Positions 9,664-17,833 of a stretch of 64,000 nucleotides of DNA are shown here, piece after piece. Source of the DNA: an uncultured Eubacteriales bacterium (GTDB lineage Bacteria > Actinomycetota > Coriobacteriia > Anaerosomatales > PHET01). The stretch is from positions 5,635 through 69,634 of the forward strand of contig CAYOHY010000007.1 of the NCBI GenBank assembly GCA_964403885.1. Direction: 5' to 3'. How positions within the stretch are numbered: the first letter of the stretch is position 1; each line of letters begins with the position of its first letter. The notes under the pieces are model-generated. The model made no database searches and had not been told where the DNA came from. It saw nothing but the letters and a program-made list of their open reading frames with translations. Position numbers and translations under genes: made by a program.

Positions 9664-9885
9664 TCAGGCCTCCAGGTCTGCCTCGTAACCGGCACCCTGG
9701 ATCGCGGAGATGATCGCCTCAGGCGTGACGACAGCGTCATCGTAGGTGACCACGGTCAAGCCGGTGGCGTGGTCCGTCTTGGTCGACTCGACGCCGGCCA
9801 GGTCGGTGAGCGTCATATCGACGAGCATCGAGCACGAGCTGCAGTGCAGTCCGGATGTGACGAAACGAGAGGTCTTCTGAGCCAT
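9664..9885 (-). CDS. copZ: Heavy-metal-associated (HMA) domain metallochaperone, CopZ-like
   Basis: MAQKTSRFVTSGLHCSSCSMLV... carries the GxxCxxC metal-binding loop in a 73-aa ferredoxin-like-size protein. AAGGAGG lies 7 nt upstream of ATG 9885. The track ORF (to 10161) is an upstream in-frame extension. Confidence 0.85.
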   Translation of the reverse strand: MAQKTSRFVTSGLHCSSCSMLVDMTLTDLAGVESTKTDHATGLTVVTYDDAVVTPEAIISAIQGAGYEADLEA

Positions 9886-9935
9886 GGGGTAGTCCTCCTT
9901 GGTGTATCCGAGCATCCTCGGCACGACCGACACGG

Positions 9936-9951
9936 TGCGAGCAGTGTGCCA
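9936..9951 (-). promoter_or_regulatory. Candidate sigma-54 (-24/-12) promoter upstream of copZ
   Basis: The minus strand reads TGGCACACTGCTCGCA. GG-N10-GC spacing is exact, the -24 element is perfect, and the -12 element is TCGCA (one mismatch to TTGCA). It ends 50 nt before the copZ ATG. Confidence 0.55.
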
Positions 9952-10000
9952 ACAACGCCGCCCGGGAGGCAACCTGAACGCGGGTGAATCGAGCGCTGGG

Positions 10001-10330
10001 CTAGGCCTGCTGCTGATCGTCGAGACGCGCTCCGCAGTGAGGGCACAAACGCCAGTCCTGACCGACGTCCTGGCCGCACTCCGTGCACGAACGTGTCTGA
10101 AGATCGGGGCCGACGCTGCGATCACGCGACCGCCCGGAGCCCAACAGCAGCACGGCGACACCGATCACCAGCCCGGCAGCCACCGGAGGAATCCACCCAA
10201 GGCTGGCGGCGATGGTCGAGTGCAGCTCCGCCTCAGGACCCACAAGGCGGGCAACCACGACGAAGAGCATGCCGAACGCTCCGCCGACAAGGGCGGCGAA
10301 CGTAAAACGGATGAGCGAGCGAGCGGTCAA
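10001..10330 (-). CDS. Small membrane protein with C-terminal zinc-ribbon (CxxC...CxxC)
   Basis: Two hydrophobic helices followed by CTECGQDVGQDWRLCPHCGARL. TTG start with GGAGA 6 nt upstream. Confidence 0.6.
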   Translation of the reverse strand: MTARSLIRFTFAALVGGAFGMLFVVVARLVGPEAELHSTIAASLGWIPPVAAGLVIGVAVLLLGSGRSRDRSVGPDLQTRSCTECGQDVGQDWRLCPHCGARLDDQQQA

Positions 10331-10369
10331 CGGTGTCTCCGAGCGTGCAGGGGTGCCACGCCACAGAAG

Positions 10370-10385
10370 TGCAACACGTGTGCCA
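10370..10385 (-). promoter_or_regulatory. Sigma-54 (-24/-12) promoter, consensus match
   Basis: The minus strand reads TGGCACACGTGTTGCA, an exact TGGCAC-N5-TTGCA. It starts 5 nt after the EBP stop and ends 39 nt before the TTG start of the Zn-ribbon gene. Confidence 0.7.
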
Positions 10386-10390
10386 GCGGG

Positions 10391-11737
<1,347 letters not shown>

Positions 11738-11754
11738 TGTCCAGTCCTTCCGTG

Positions 11755-13284
11755 TCAGTCCATGGAGGCGGGCAGGGTGACCGTGAACGTGGTCCCCTCC
11801 CGAGAGCTTTCCACTTCGATGTGCCCGTCATGCTCATCGATGATCCTGTGCACGATCGTGAGACCAAGCCCCGTACCCTCGGCGCGCTTGGTGAAGAAGG
11901 GGTCGAACACTTTGCTGAGGTCGTTGGGATCGATGCCGGGCCCGTCGTCGACCACCGAGACGACCACGTAGTCCTGGTCCCCGGCGGCGTGTATCGAGAT
12001 CGCTCCGCCGGTCTCATCCATCGCTTGGACCGCGTTGGTGACCAGGTTCAAGAACACCTGCTTGAGCTGATCGGGGTCTCCGGCCACCCGGGGTAGGTCT
12101 TCGGGAGCCTCCAGCGTGATGTAGACATCGGCCTGCCGAGCGAACCGGTTGGTGAACAGCACCACGTCCTCCAACACGCTCGCAAGGTCGGTGTCCACGA
12201 GCGTTGGCTTGCTCGGGCGACCGAAGTCCAGCAGCGCCTTGATGACCTTGTCGAGCCGGTCGATCTCTTGCTTGATGACCTCTGCCGCATCATGGATGCG
12301 CACCGGATCGCAGTTCGCGTCCTCGAGCAACTGCACGCTCGCGCGGATGACGCCGAGCGGGTTTCGGACCTCGTGAGCGACACCGGCCGTGAGCTCACCC
12401 ATCGCCGCCAGCCTGTCGGCCCGGATGAGTTGATCGGTGAGCGCCTTGATGTCGGATACGTCCTCGAGGGTCACGACGGCGCCAAGAACGCTTCCACCCA
12501 CCGCCCTCATCCGGGACGTGGACGCTTGCACGTGAAGCTCCGTGCCGTTGGGAGTGACCAGCGTGGCTTCGCGCAGCGCGAGAGGCATCCGGCCGGAGAG
12601 CACCTTGGCCACGTCGGCCGACAGGCCGGCGTCGTCGCGGAAGATGGCACCGATGGGCTTGGGCACCATCTCGAACTCGGACATGCCCAGCATTCGCTCG
12701 GCTGATGGGTTCGCGGTCGCAACCGAGCCGTCAGGGCCCACCGTGAGCACTCCCGAGGTGATGGAGCGCAGGATCGATGAGGTGTAGTCCTGCACGTTGA
12801 TGAGCTGGATCGCGCGCTCTTCCAGCTTGCGGTAGGCCTCCTCGAGCTGAAGCGACACCTGACGCAGATCCTGCGTCTTGGCCTCCTCGATGTCGCGGAC
12901 CGCACCAAAGAGCAGACCGATCAAGAAGTACGAAGCGACTTCGATCGCGTTGTCGAACCCCAACCCCAGCTGCGAGTTGAGCGACAGCTCCGCATGGATC
13001 ATGAACGGCACCGACGCTGCGGTCGCGGCGATGACCCCTCCCCGCTTGCCGAACACCCACGCGGCATAGATGACCGGGATGAAGTACAGGCGCCGGTAGA
13101 GGAGGTGAAGCGGGATACTGCCCGGAACCACGTTGGTGAACAGATGCAGCATGGTGATGAACACGAGCATGACAGCGATGACAGCGATGGCTCGCACGTC
13201 TCGCGAGCGTGCGGCATCGCCCACGTCCTCACCGTTGGAGCGCGGTGCAGGGCGCCGAGGCAACCCTATCCGTTCAGGCGTCAT
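11755..13284 (-). CDS. Membrane sensor histidine kinase (multi-TM N-domain, PAS, HisKA, HATPase)
   Basis: H-box AAMGELTAGVAHEVRNPL, N-box NLVTNAVQAM, G boxes DDGPGI and GTGLGL. Four or five N-terminal hydrophobic helices without a large external loop. Start set at ATG 13284, forming an ATGA overlap with the rpoN stop. Confidence 0.85.
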   Translation of the reverse strand: MTPERIGLPRRPAPRSNGEDVGDAARSRDVRAIAVIAVMLVFITMLHLFTNVVPGSIPLHLLYRRLYFIPVIYAAWVFGKRGGVIAATAASVPFMIHAELSLNSQLGLGFDNAIEVASYFLIGLLFGAVRDIEEAKTQDLRQVSLQLEEAYRKLEERAIQLINVQDYTSSILRSITSGVLTVGPDGSVATANPSAERMLGMSEFEMVPKPIGAIFRDDAGLSADVAKVLSGRMPLALREATLVTPNGTELHVQASTSRMRAVGGSVLGAVVTLEDVSDIKALTDQLIRADRLAAMGELTAGVAHEVRNPLGVIRASVQLLEDANCDPVRIHDAAEVIKQEIDRLDKVIKALLDFGRPSKPTLVDTDLASVLEDVVLFTNRFARQADVYITLEAPEDLPRVAGDPDQLKQVFLNLVTNAVQAMDETGGAISIHAAGDQDYVVVSVVDDGPGIDPNDLSKVFDPFFTKRAEGTGLGLTIVHRIIDEHDGHIEVESSREGTTFTVTLPASMD

Positions 13285-14675
13285 CGACGGCGCCTCGCCC
13301 ACGAGGGTTCGATGCCGAGCTCCTCACGGTACTTGGCGACGGTGCGGCGGGCGACGGTCACGCCCTCGTCCGACAGGATCTCGGCGAGCTTCTGATCGGA
13401 GAGTGGTTTGGCGATGTCCTCGGCTTTGACCAAGTCACGCAGCCGCTGCTTGATCGTGGTGGCGGCGACGTCCATCCCCTGCGCGGTGCGGTAGCCGCCG
13501 CTGAAGAAGTGCTTGAGCTCGAACAGTCCGTACGGCGTGGCCATGTACTTGCCGGTCACGCCTCGCGACACCGTCGACAGGTGCACACCGATCTCCACCG
13601 CCACGTCCTCGAGCCGCAGGGGCCTGAGCGGGCCCTTGCCGTCCTCGAAGAAGTCACGCTGGACGTCGATGATGATCTCGGTGATCCGGCTGACGGTGTC
13701 CTTGCGGCGATCGACATTCTTGATGAAACTCTCCGCCGATCGGATCTTGTCCTTGAGATAGCGCTTGGTCTCGTCGTCGGCGGTCGATCCGGTCTTGAGC
13801 ATGGCGCGGTAGCGCGGAGACACCCTCAACGTGGGCAGCGCCTCGTTGTTGGGGATGATGAGCCAGTCGTCGTCGAAACGCCGTAGCGTCACGTCCGGCA
13901 CGATGTAGCCTGGCGACGGACCGGGCGAGAACGCACCGGCAGGACGCGGGTTGAGAGCCTTGAGTATCTCGACGAGCCGGCGGACCTCTGCCTCATCGAC
14001 ACGGAGGGCACGAGCGACCTTGCGGAAGTGGTTCGATGCGATGTCGTCGAGATGCTCTTTCACGATACGCATGAGAAGCGGCTCGTCGATGCCCAGGAAC
14101 TCCATCTGGAGGCACATCGCCTCGGCAAGGTCACGGGCAGCGACACCGGGCGGATCGAGCTGCTGGACCGCCTTCAAGCCGGCCTCGGCAGCCTGCTCAT
14201 CGACACCCACGAGCGCTGCGACCTCGGCGAGTGAGCCCCTGAAGAATCCGTCGTGGTCGAGCGAGCCGATCACGGCTTGGGCTGCGTGCTGTGTGTCCTC
14301 ATCGATGTCAAGCAGCGCGAGCTGGTCGAGTAGATAGTCGTCAAAGCTCTGAACGCCGCCGACGAACTCCTCGGTGTTGGCCTGCTCGGCGTTTGGATCG
14401 CGAGGAGACGTGGTCTCTATCTGGTCGAGATCCTCGTACATCTCGATCCACTCGTCCCAGGATCGTTCATCCTCGGCGGAGTCCTCGGTGGGCTCTTCGC
14501 CCTCGACGGGCTCGCTGTCGGTCTCGTCGACCTCGAGGACCGGGTTCTCGAGCATCTCGACTTCGATGAGCTGCTGAAGCTCGGCGACGGGCATCGCGAG
14601 GATGTTCAGCCCCTGGTAGACCTGGGGCGAGAGTGTCACCTTCTGGCGCAGCTCGGGGCGCTGCTGGAGATCCAT
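13281..14675 (-). CDS. rpoN: RNA polymerase sigma-54 factor
   Basis: N-terminal MDLQQRPELRQKVTLSPQ (region I), an acidic region II, and a C-terminal RpoN box ARRTVAKYRE. Start at ATG 14675 with GGGAGGGGG upstream. The track ORF start (14894) is an Arg-rich extension. Confidence 0.9.
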   Translation of the reverse strand: MDLQQRPELRQKVTLSPQVYQGLNILAMPVAELQQLIEVEMLENPVLEVDETDSEPVEGEEPTEDSAEDERSWDEWIEMYEDLDQIETTSPRDPNAEQANTEEFVGGVQSFDDYLLDQLALLDIDEDTQHAAQAVIGSLDHDGFFRGSLAEVAALVGVDEQAAEAGLKAVQQLDPPGVAARDLAEAMCLQMEFLGIDEPLLMRIVKEHLDDIASNHFRKVARALRVDEAEVRRLVEILKALNPRPAGAFSPGPSPGYIVPDVTLRRFDDDWLIIPNNEALPTLRVSPRYRAMLKTGSTADDETKRYLKDKIRSAESFIKNVDRRKDTVSRITEIIIDVQRDFFEDGKGPLRPLRLEDVAVEIGVHLSTVSRGVTGKYMATPYGLFELKHFFSGGYRTAQGMDVAATTIKQRLRDLVKAEDIAKPLSDQKLAEILSDEGVTVARRTVAKYREELGIEPSWARRRR

Positions 14676-14725
14676 TGCCGCCCCCTCCCGTGGTACTCGC
14701 GGGCCGCATCGGGAGCGCGACCCTC

Positions 14726-14741
14726 TGCAAGAATCATACCA
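14726..14741 (-). promoter_or_regulatory. Promoter candidate upstream of rpoN (ambiguous: sigma-54-like TGGTAT-N5-TTGCA or extended -10 TGgTATGAT)
   Basis: The minus strand reads TGGTATGATTCTTGCA. GG-N10-GC spacing is correct, but the same bases also read as an extended -10 element (TGnTATGAT). About 50 nt upstream of the rpoN ATG. Confidence 0.35.
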
Positions 14742-14763
14742 CTTTCTGGGAGGTCTCTGACGC

Positions 14764-15732
14764 CTACTCCTGTGGAGGAATCGTGGGGAGCGGGTCCTTC
14801 TCGGGCAGCTGTATGACCGCGATCGCCGCGATGACCATCGCCCCGCCCACCAGCTGAGACACCGTGAGCGCCTCACCAAAGAGCAGGAAGGCACCCAGAC
14901 CCGCGATCACGGGCTCGACCGTCGAGGTGACCGTGGCGTTGGTGGGCGGAATGAGCCGCAACGCGACGAGGAAGGCGCCGAACGGGATGATGGTGCTCAC
15001 AACGGCCATGAACAGCACCGCTGCCGCGGTCCCGGGGTCCGCGAATGCGCTGAGCACCTTCATCGGACCCAGCACGAGAAGCCAGAACGCCGCCGCGAAC
15101 CCCAGACCGAAGACCAGCGTCGTGAATGGCCTGAACCGGCGGGCCGCCACACTGCCCATGAGGGAGTACGTCGCGAAGAACGCCGCCGAGGTCAGACCCC
15201 ACGCGATACCGGCCGGCGAGACGGCGAGCCCCTCCCCGCTCAGGGCACCGACGACGAGCGCACAGCCGCTGACCGACAGCGCCACACCCGCGGGAAGCGT
15301 CCAGGTGAGCTTGTGGCGCAAGAACAGCACGCTCACGATCAGCACGATGACCGGCGCCATGTACTCCAGCAGAATCGCGGTCGCCACGCTCGTGAGCGAG
15401 ATCGTCTTGAAGTAGGTGTAGTGCACGCCGGCAAGCCCGACCACGCCGAATACTGCGAGAAACGGTATGTCCTTGCGTTCGACACGCAAGGCGTCGCGCT
15501 GGGCGAAGAGCAGGTATGCGATGAGCAGCACGAACGCGGACAGGGCACGACCCGCGGACAGGACCGTGGGCTCGATGGTGATCCCGAGCGGAGGAAACGG
15601 CCACTGTGCGGTCTCGGGCGAGGGCTGACTGAACAGCCACTTCGCCATCAGCCCGCCACTCGCCCAGCACGTCGCAGCCAGCAGCGCGAGCCCGTATCCT
15701 TTGAGCCGGTCGGCCTTAGCTTGTGCGTGCAT
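14764..15732 (-). CDS. EamA/DMT-family transporter (10-TM)
   Basis: Two repeated 5-TM halves, each with an EamA-like pattern (ATCWASGGL..., VATAILLEYMAPV...). Overlaps the CDF gene by 17 nt. Confidence 0.8.
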   Translation of the reverse strand: MHAQAKADRLKGYGLALLAATCWASGGLMAKWLFSQPSPETAQWPFPPLGITIEPTVLSAGRALSAFVLLIAYLLFAQRDALRVERKDIPFLAVFGVVGLAGVHYTYFKTISLTSVATAILLEYMAPVIVLIVSVLFLRHKLTWTLPAGVALSVSGCALVVGALSGEGLAVSPAGIAWGLTSAAFFATYSLMGSVAARRFRPFTTLVFGLGFAAAFWLLVLGPMKVLSAFADPGTAAAVLFMAVVSTIIPFGAFLVALRLIPPTNATVTSTVEPVIAGLGAFLLFGEALTVSQLVGGAMVIAAIAVIQLPEKDPLPTIPPQE

Positions 15733-16681
15733 CGAGCTCCGCTTGGGTCTTGCTCGCTTGGTACTCGTCGTAGGGTTCGAGATGTGCGATCACGTCGACG
15801 ACCTGCGGGAACTCCGTGGCGATGGTGCGCTCCACGTCCTCGGCGATGCGGTGTCCGTCAGCCACGGTACGGGTCTCGTCCACCTGCACGTGCAGATCGA
15901 CGTAGACCTCGGCCTCGGAACCGCGCGTGCGCACGTGGTGACAGCCCAAGACTCCCGCGACCGACATCGTCACGGCACAGATGTCGGCGACAGGGATGCG
16001 GGCAGAGTCGGACAGCGTTGCACTGGCCTGCTTGAACACGCCCCACGCCGTGTACACGATCGCGATCGCGACAAGGCCTGCCACGATGGGGTCGGCTTTG
16101 AGCAGAAGGTCGTTCCCGGTCACCTCGCCGATCTTGACCAGCGCGAGCGAGAGCAAGACGCCCAGGCTGACGAGGATGTCTGAAGCCGTGTGGCTCGCAT
16201 CGGCGACGAGGATCTCCGAGCCCAACCGCTTGCCCACGCGACGCTCGTACGTGGTGATGAACACGTTGATACACAGCGTGATGATCATGATGGCGAACGA
16301 CGCAGCGGTGACGTTGGGCGCCACCGCCTCGCCTGTCAGCTGTTGAACCGCGCTCGAGCCGATGCGATACGCGGCAAACAGGAGCATGGCGCCGATCGCG
16401 GCCGATGCGTACGTCTCGTACTTGCTGTGCCCGTAGGGGTGGTCATGGTCGGCGGGGCGCGCCGCGAGTCCCATGCCCACCAGCCCCACGACGTTGCTCG
16501 TGCCGTCGAACAGCGAGTGGAACCCGTCCGCCTGCATCGCTGCGGAGTGGATGTAGGTGCCGTAGGCCAGCTTCGACAGGGCGACGCCAAGGTTCAGGAA
16601 CAAGATGATCCACAGCACCCTGCGGATCTCCCTGATGCGGCTCGCACCCACCTCCGCGCCGTTGGTCTTGGTATAGCCCAC
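15716..16681 (-). CDS. Cation diffusion facilitator (CDF) family metal efflux protein
   Basis: Six-TM N-domain with the HSAAMQADGFHSLFD and ILVADASHTASD metal-site motifs (HxxxD / HxxxD) and a C-terminal cytoplasmic domain. GTG start with a G-rich RBS. Confidence 0.85.
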   Translation of the reverse strand: MGYTKTNGAEVGASRIREIRRVLWIILFLNLGVALSKLAYGTYIHSAAMQADGFHSLFDGTSNVVGLVGMGLAARPADHDHPYGHSKYETYASAAIGAMLLFAAYRIGSSAVQQLTGEAVAPNVTAASFAIMIITLCINVFITTYERRVGKRLGSEILVADASHTASDILVSLGVLLSLALVKIGEVTGNDLLLKADPIVAGLVAIAIVYTAWGVFKQASATLSDSARIPVADICAVTMSVAGVLGCHHVRTRGSEAEVYVDLHVQVDETRTVADGHRIAEDVERTIATEFPQVVDVIAHLEPYDEYQASKTQAELDARTS

Positions 16682-16708
16682 AGCCCGTCGCCCCTCTCTC
16701 GGACACGC

Positions 16709-16737
16709 TTGCGCTAGATACCCCTAGGGGGCATAGT
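16709..16737 (+). promoter_or_regulatory. Sigma-70-type promoter with embedded CsoR-type operator (csoR-like gene; shared divergent region with CDF)
   Basis: The plus strand reads TTGCGC-tag-ATACCCCTAGGGGGCAT-AGT: -35 TTGCGC, a 17-nt spacer and -10 CATAGT. The palindrome lies in the spacer. The -10 ends 42 nt before ATG 16780. Confidence 0.55.
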
Positions 16738-16779
16738 GAACGTATCGGTACGACCTACGGTAGCAAACCGGAGCCTAAG

Positions 16780-17373
16780 ATGCCCGAGATTCCCACGCCC
16801 ATAACCGTCCCCAACGCGGACGAGCGACGCAAGATCGTCAACAGGCTTCGACGCCTCGAGGGGCAGGTCCGCGGCCTGCACGCGATGATCGAGTCGGGCA
16901 AGGAGTGCGAGGCCGTCCTCACGCAGGTCATGGCCGTGAAGTCCGCGCTCAACCAGGTGGGCATGCACGTCATCGGCCACGCCATGAAGACGTGCCTTGT
17001 GGACGAGTCGCTCACTGCGCGTGATGATCTCATCACCGCCGCGTTCGATGTCTACCTGCACTACCGGGAGCTGAGCGCGGCGACCGAGGCAGCCGCAACC
17101 CCCCGAGACACCTCACCCGAGTTCATCAAGGCGAAGCTCAAGACCCTCGAGGCACAGGTGCAGTCGGTTCAAAACGTCATCGAGACCGAAGGCGACTGCG
17201 AGAGCGCGCTGCGTGGTGTCACGGAGTCCACGGCCACGCTCAACGATGTCGCGCGGGCGGTCTTGGGACACGCGATGCAAAAATGCCTGATCGATGACGC
17301 CGCACAGTCTCGAAACGACGTCATCGACCAGGCAATACAGGTCTTCTTGCGCTACTCCTCGTGCGTCAAGTAG
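16780..17373 (+). CDS. csoR: Tandem-duplicated CsoR/RcnR-family metal-sensing repressor (two DUF156 domains in one chain)
   Basis: Domain 1: IVNRLRRLEGQVRGLHAMIESGKECEAVLTQVMAVKSALNQVGMHVIGHAMKTCL. Domain 2: KLKTLEAQVQSVQNVIETEGDCESALRGVTESTATLNDVARAVLGHAMQKCL. Both keep the Cys...His...Cys positions. 197 aa, against the usual 90-110 aa. Confidence 0.85.
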   Translation: MPEIPTPITVPNADERRKIVNRLRRLEGQVRGLHAMIESGKECEAVLTQVMAVKSALNQVGMHVIGHAMKTCLVDESLTARDDLITAAFDVYLHYRELSAATEAAATPRDTSPEFIKAKLKTLEAQVQSVQNVIETEGDCESALRGVTESTATLNDVARAVLGHAMQKCLIDDAAQSRNDVIDQAIQVFLRYSSCVK

Positions 17374-17383
17374 TGGACCGCGT

Positions 17384-17707
17384 CTAACCGCCCAGGCCCA
17401 GCTCCCGATACAACGCGTCCGCGTTACGGGCGCCCACCACGGTGGCGGTCACCTTGCCGCCCTCGAACTTCGCGATCGTGGGGATGCTCATGACGCCGTA
17501 TTCGATGGCGACCTCTCGGGCCTCGTCGATGTTGAGCTTCACGAACTTGGCTCCGTCGCCCACCCGCGCGGCCAACTTGTCCACTTCAGGGGCCACCATG
17601 CGGCACGGGCCACACCACGGGGCCCAGAAATCAACGACAACGGGCTTGTCGGACAGCAGAACCTCGTCATCGAACGACTTGGCGGTTATCTCCATCGCTG
17701 CACTCAT
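17384..17707 (-). CDS. trxA: Thioredoxin
   Basis: WCGPC active site in DFWAPWCGPCRMVAP. A 107-aa protein from ATG 17707, with AAGGAGA upstream. The track start (17797) is an upstream extension. Confidence 0.9.
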   Translation of the reverse strand: MSAAMEITAKSFDDEVLLSDKPVVVDFWAPWCGPCRMVAPEVDKLAARVGDGAKFVKLNIDEAREVAIEYGVMSIPTIAKFEGGKVTATVVGARNADALYRELGLGG

Positions 17708-17749
17708 CCGGCTTCTCCTTCTTCCCATCACCTGTCTGGAACAGTCGTA

Positions 17750-17778
17750 ATTATACCCCTTGGGGTATCGCCTCGCAA
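17750..17778 (-). promoter_or_regulatory. Near-consensus sigma-70 promoter with perfect CsoR-type palindrome (trxA; divergent to the chelatase-like gene)
   Basis: The minus strand reads TTGCGA-ggcg-ATACCCCAAGGGGTAT-AAT: -35 TTGCGA, a 17-nt spacer and -10 TATAAT. The perfect 16-bp palindrome ATACCCCTTGGGGTAT is at 17753..17768. Confidence 0.65.
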
Positions 17779-17833
17779 GTCGGCCGAGTTGGGTCATGTG
17801 TCAACGAGTATCATCTTCCCCAGGGAGGAGACC

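Noticed and set aside
10354-10359. A second TGGCAC hexamer 11 nt downstream of the consensus sigma-54 promoter.
   Set aside because: No GC dinucleotide lies at the required N10 distance (it reads TGGCACCCCTGCACGC). It probably lies in the 5' UTR.
17294-17833. N-terminal 180 codons of the 591-aa plus-strand ORF, overlapping the csoR 3' end and running antisense to trxA.
   Set aside because: It overlaps two well-supported genes and reads as low-complexity sequence. A GTG with a GGGAGGAG RBS at 17834 starts the hydrophobic N-terminus of the real protein.
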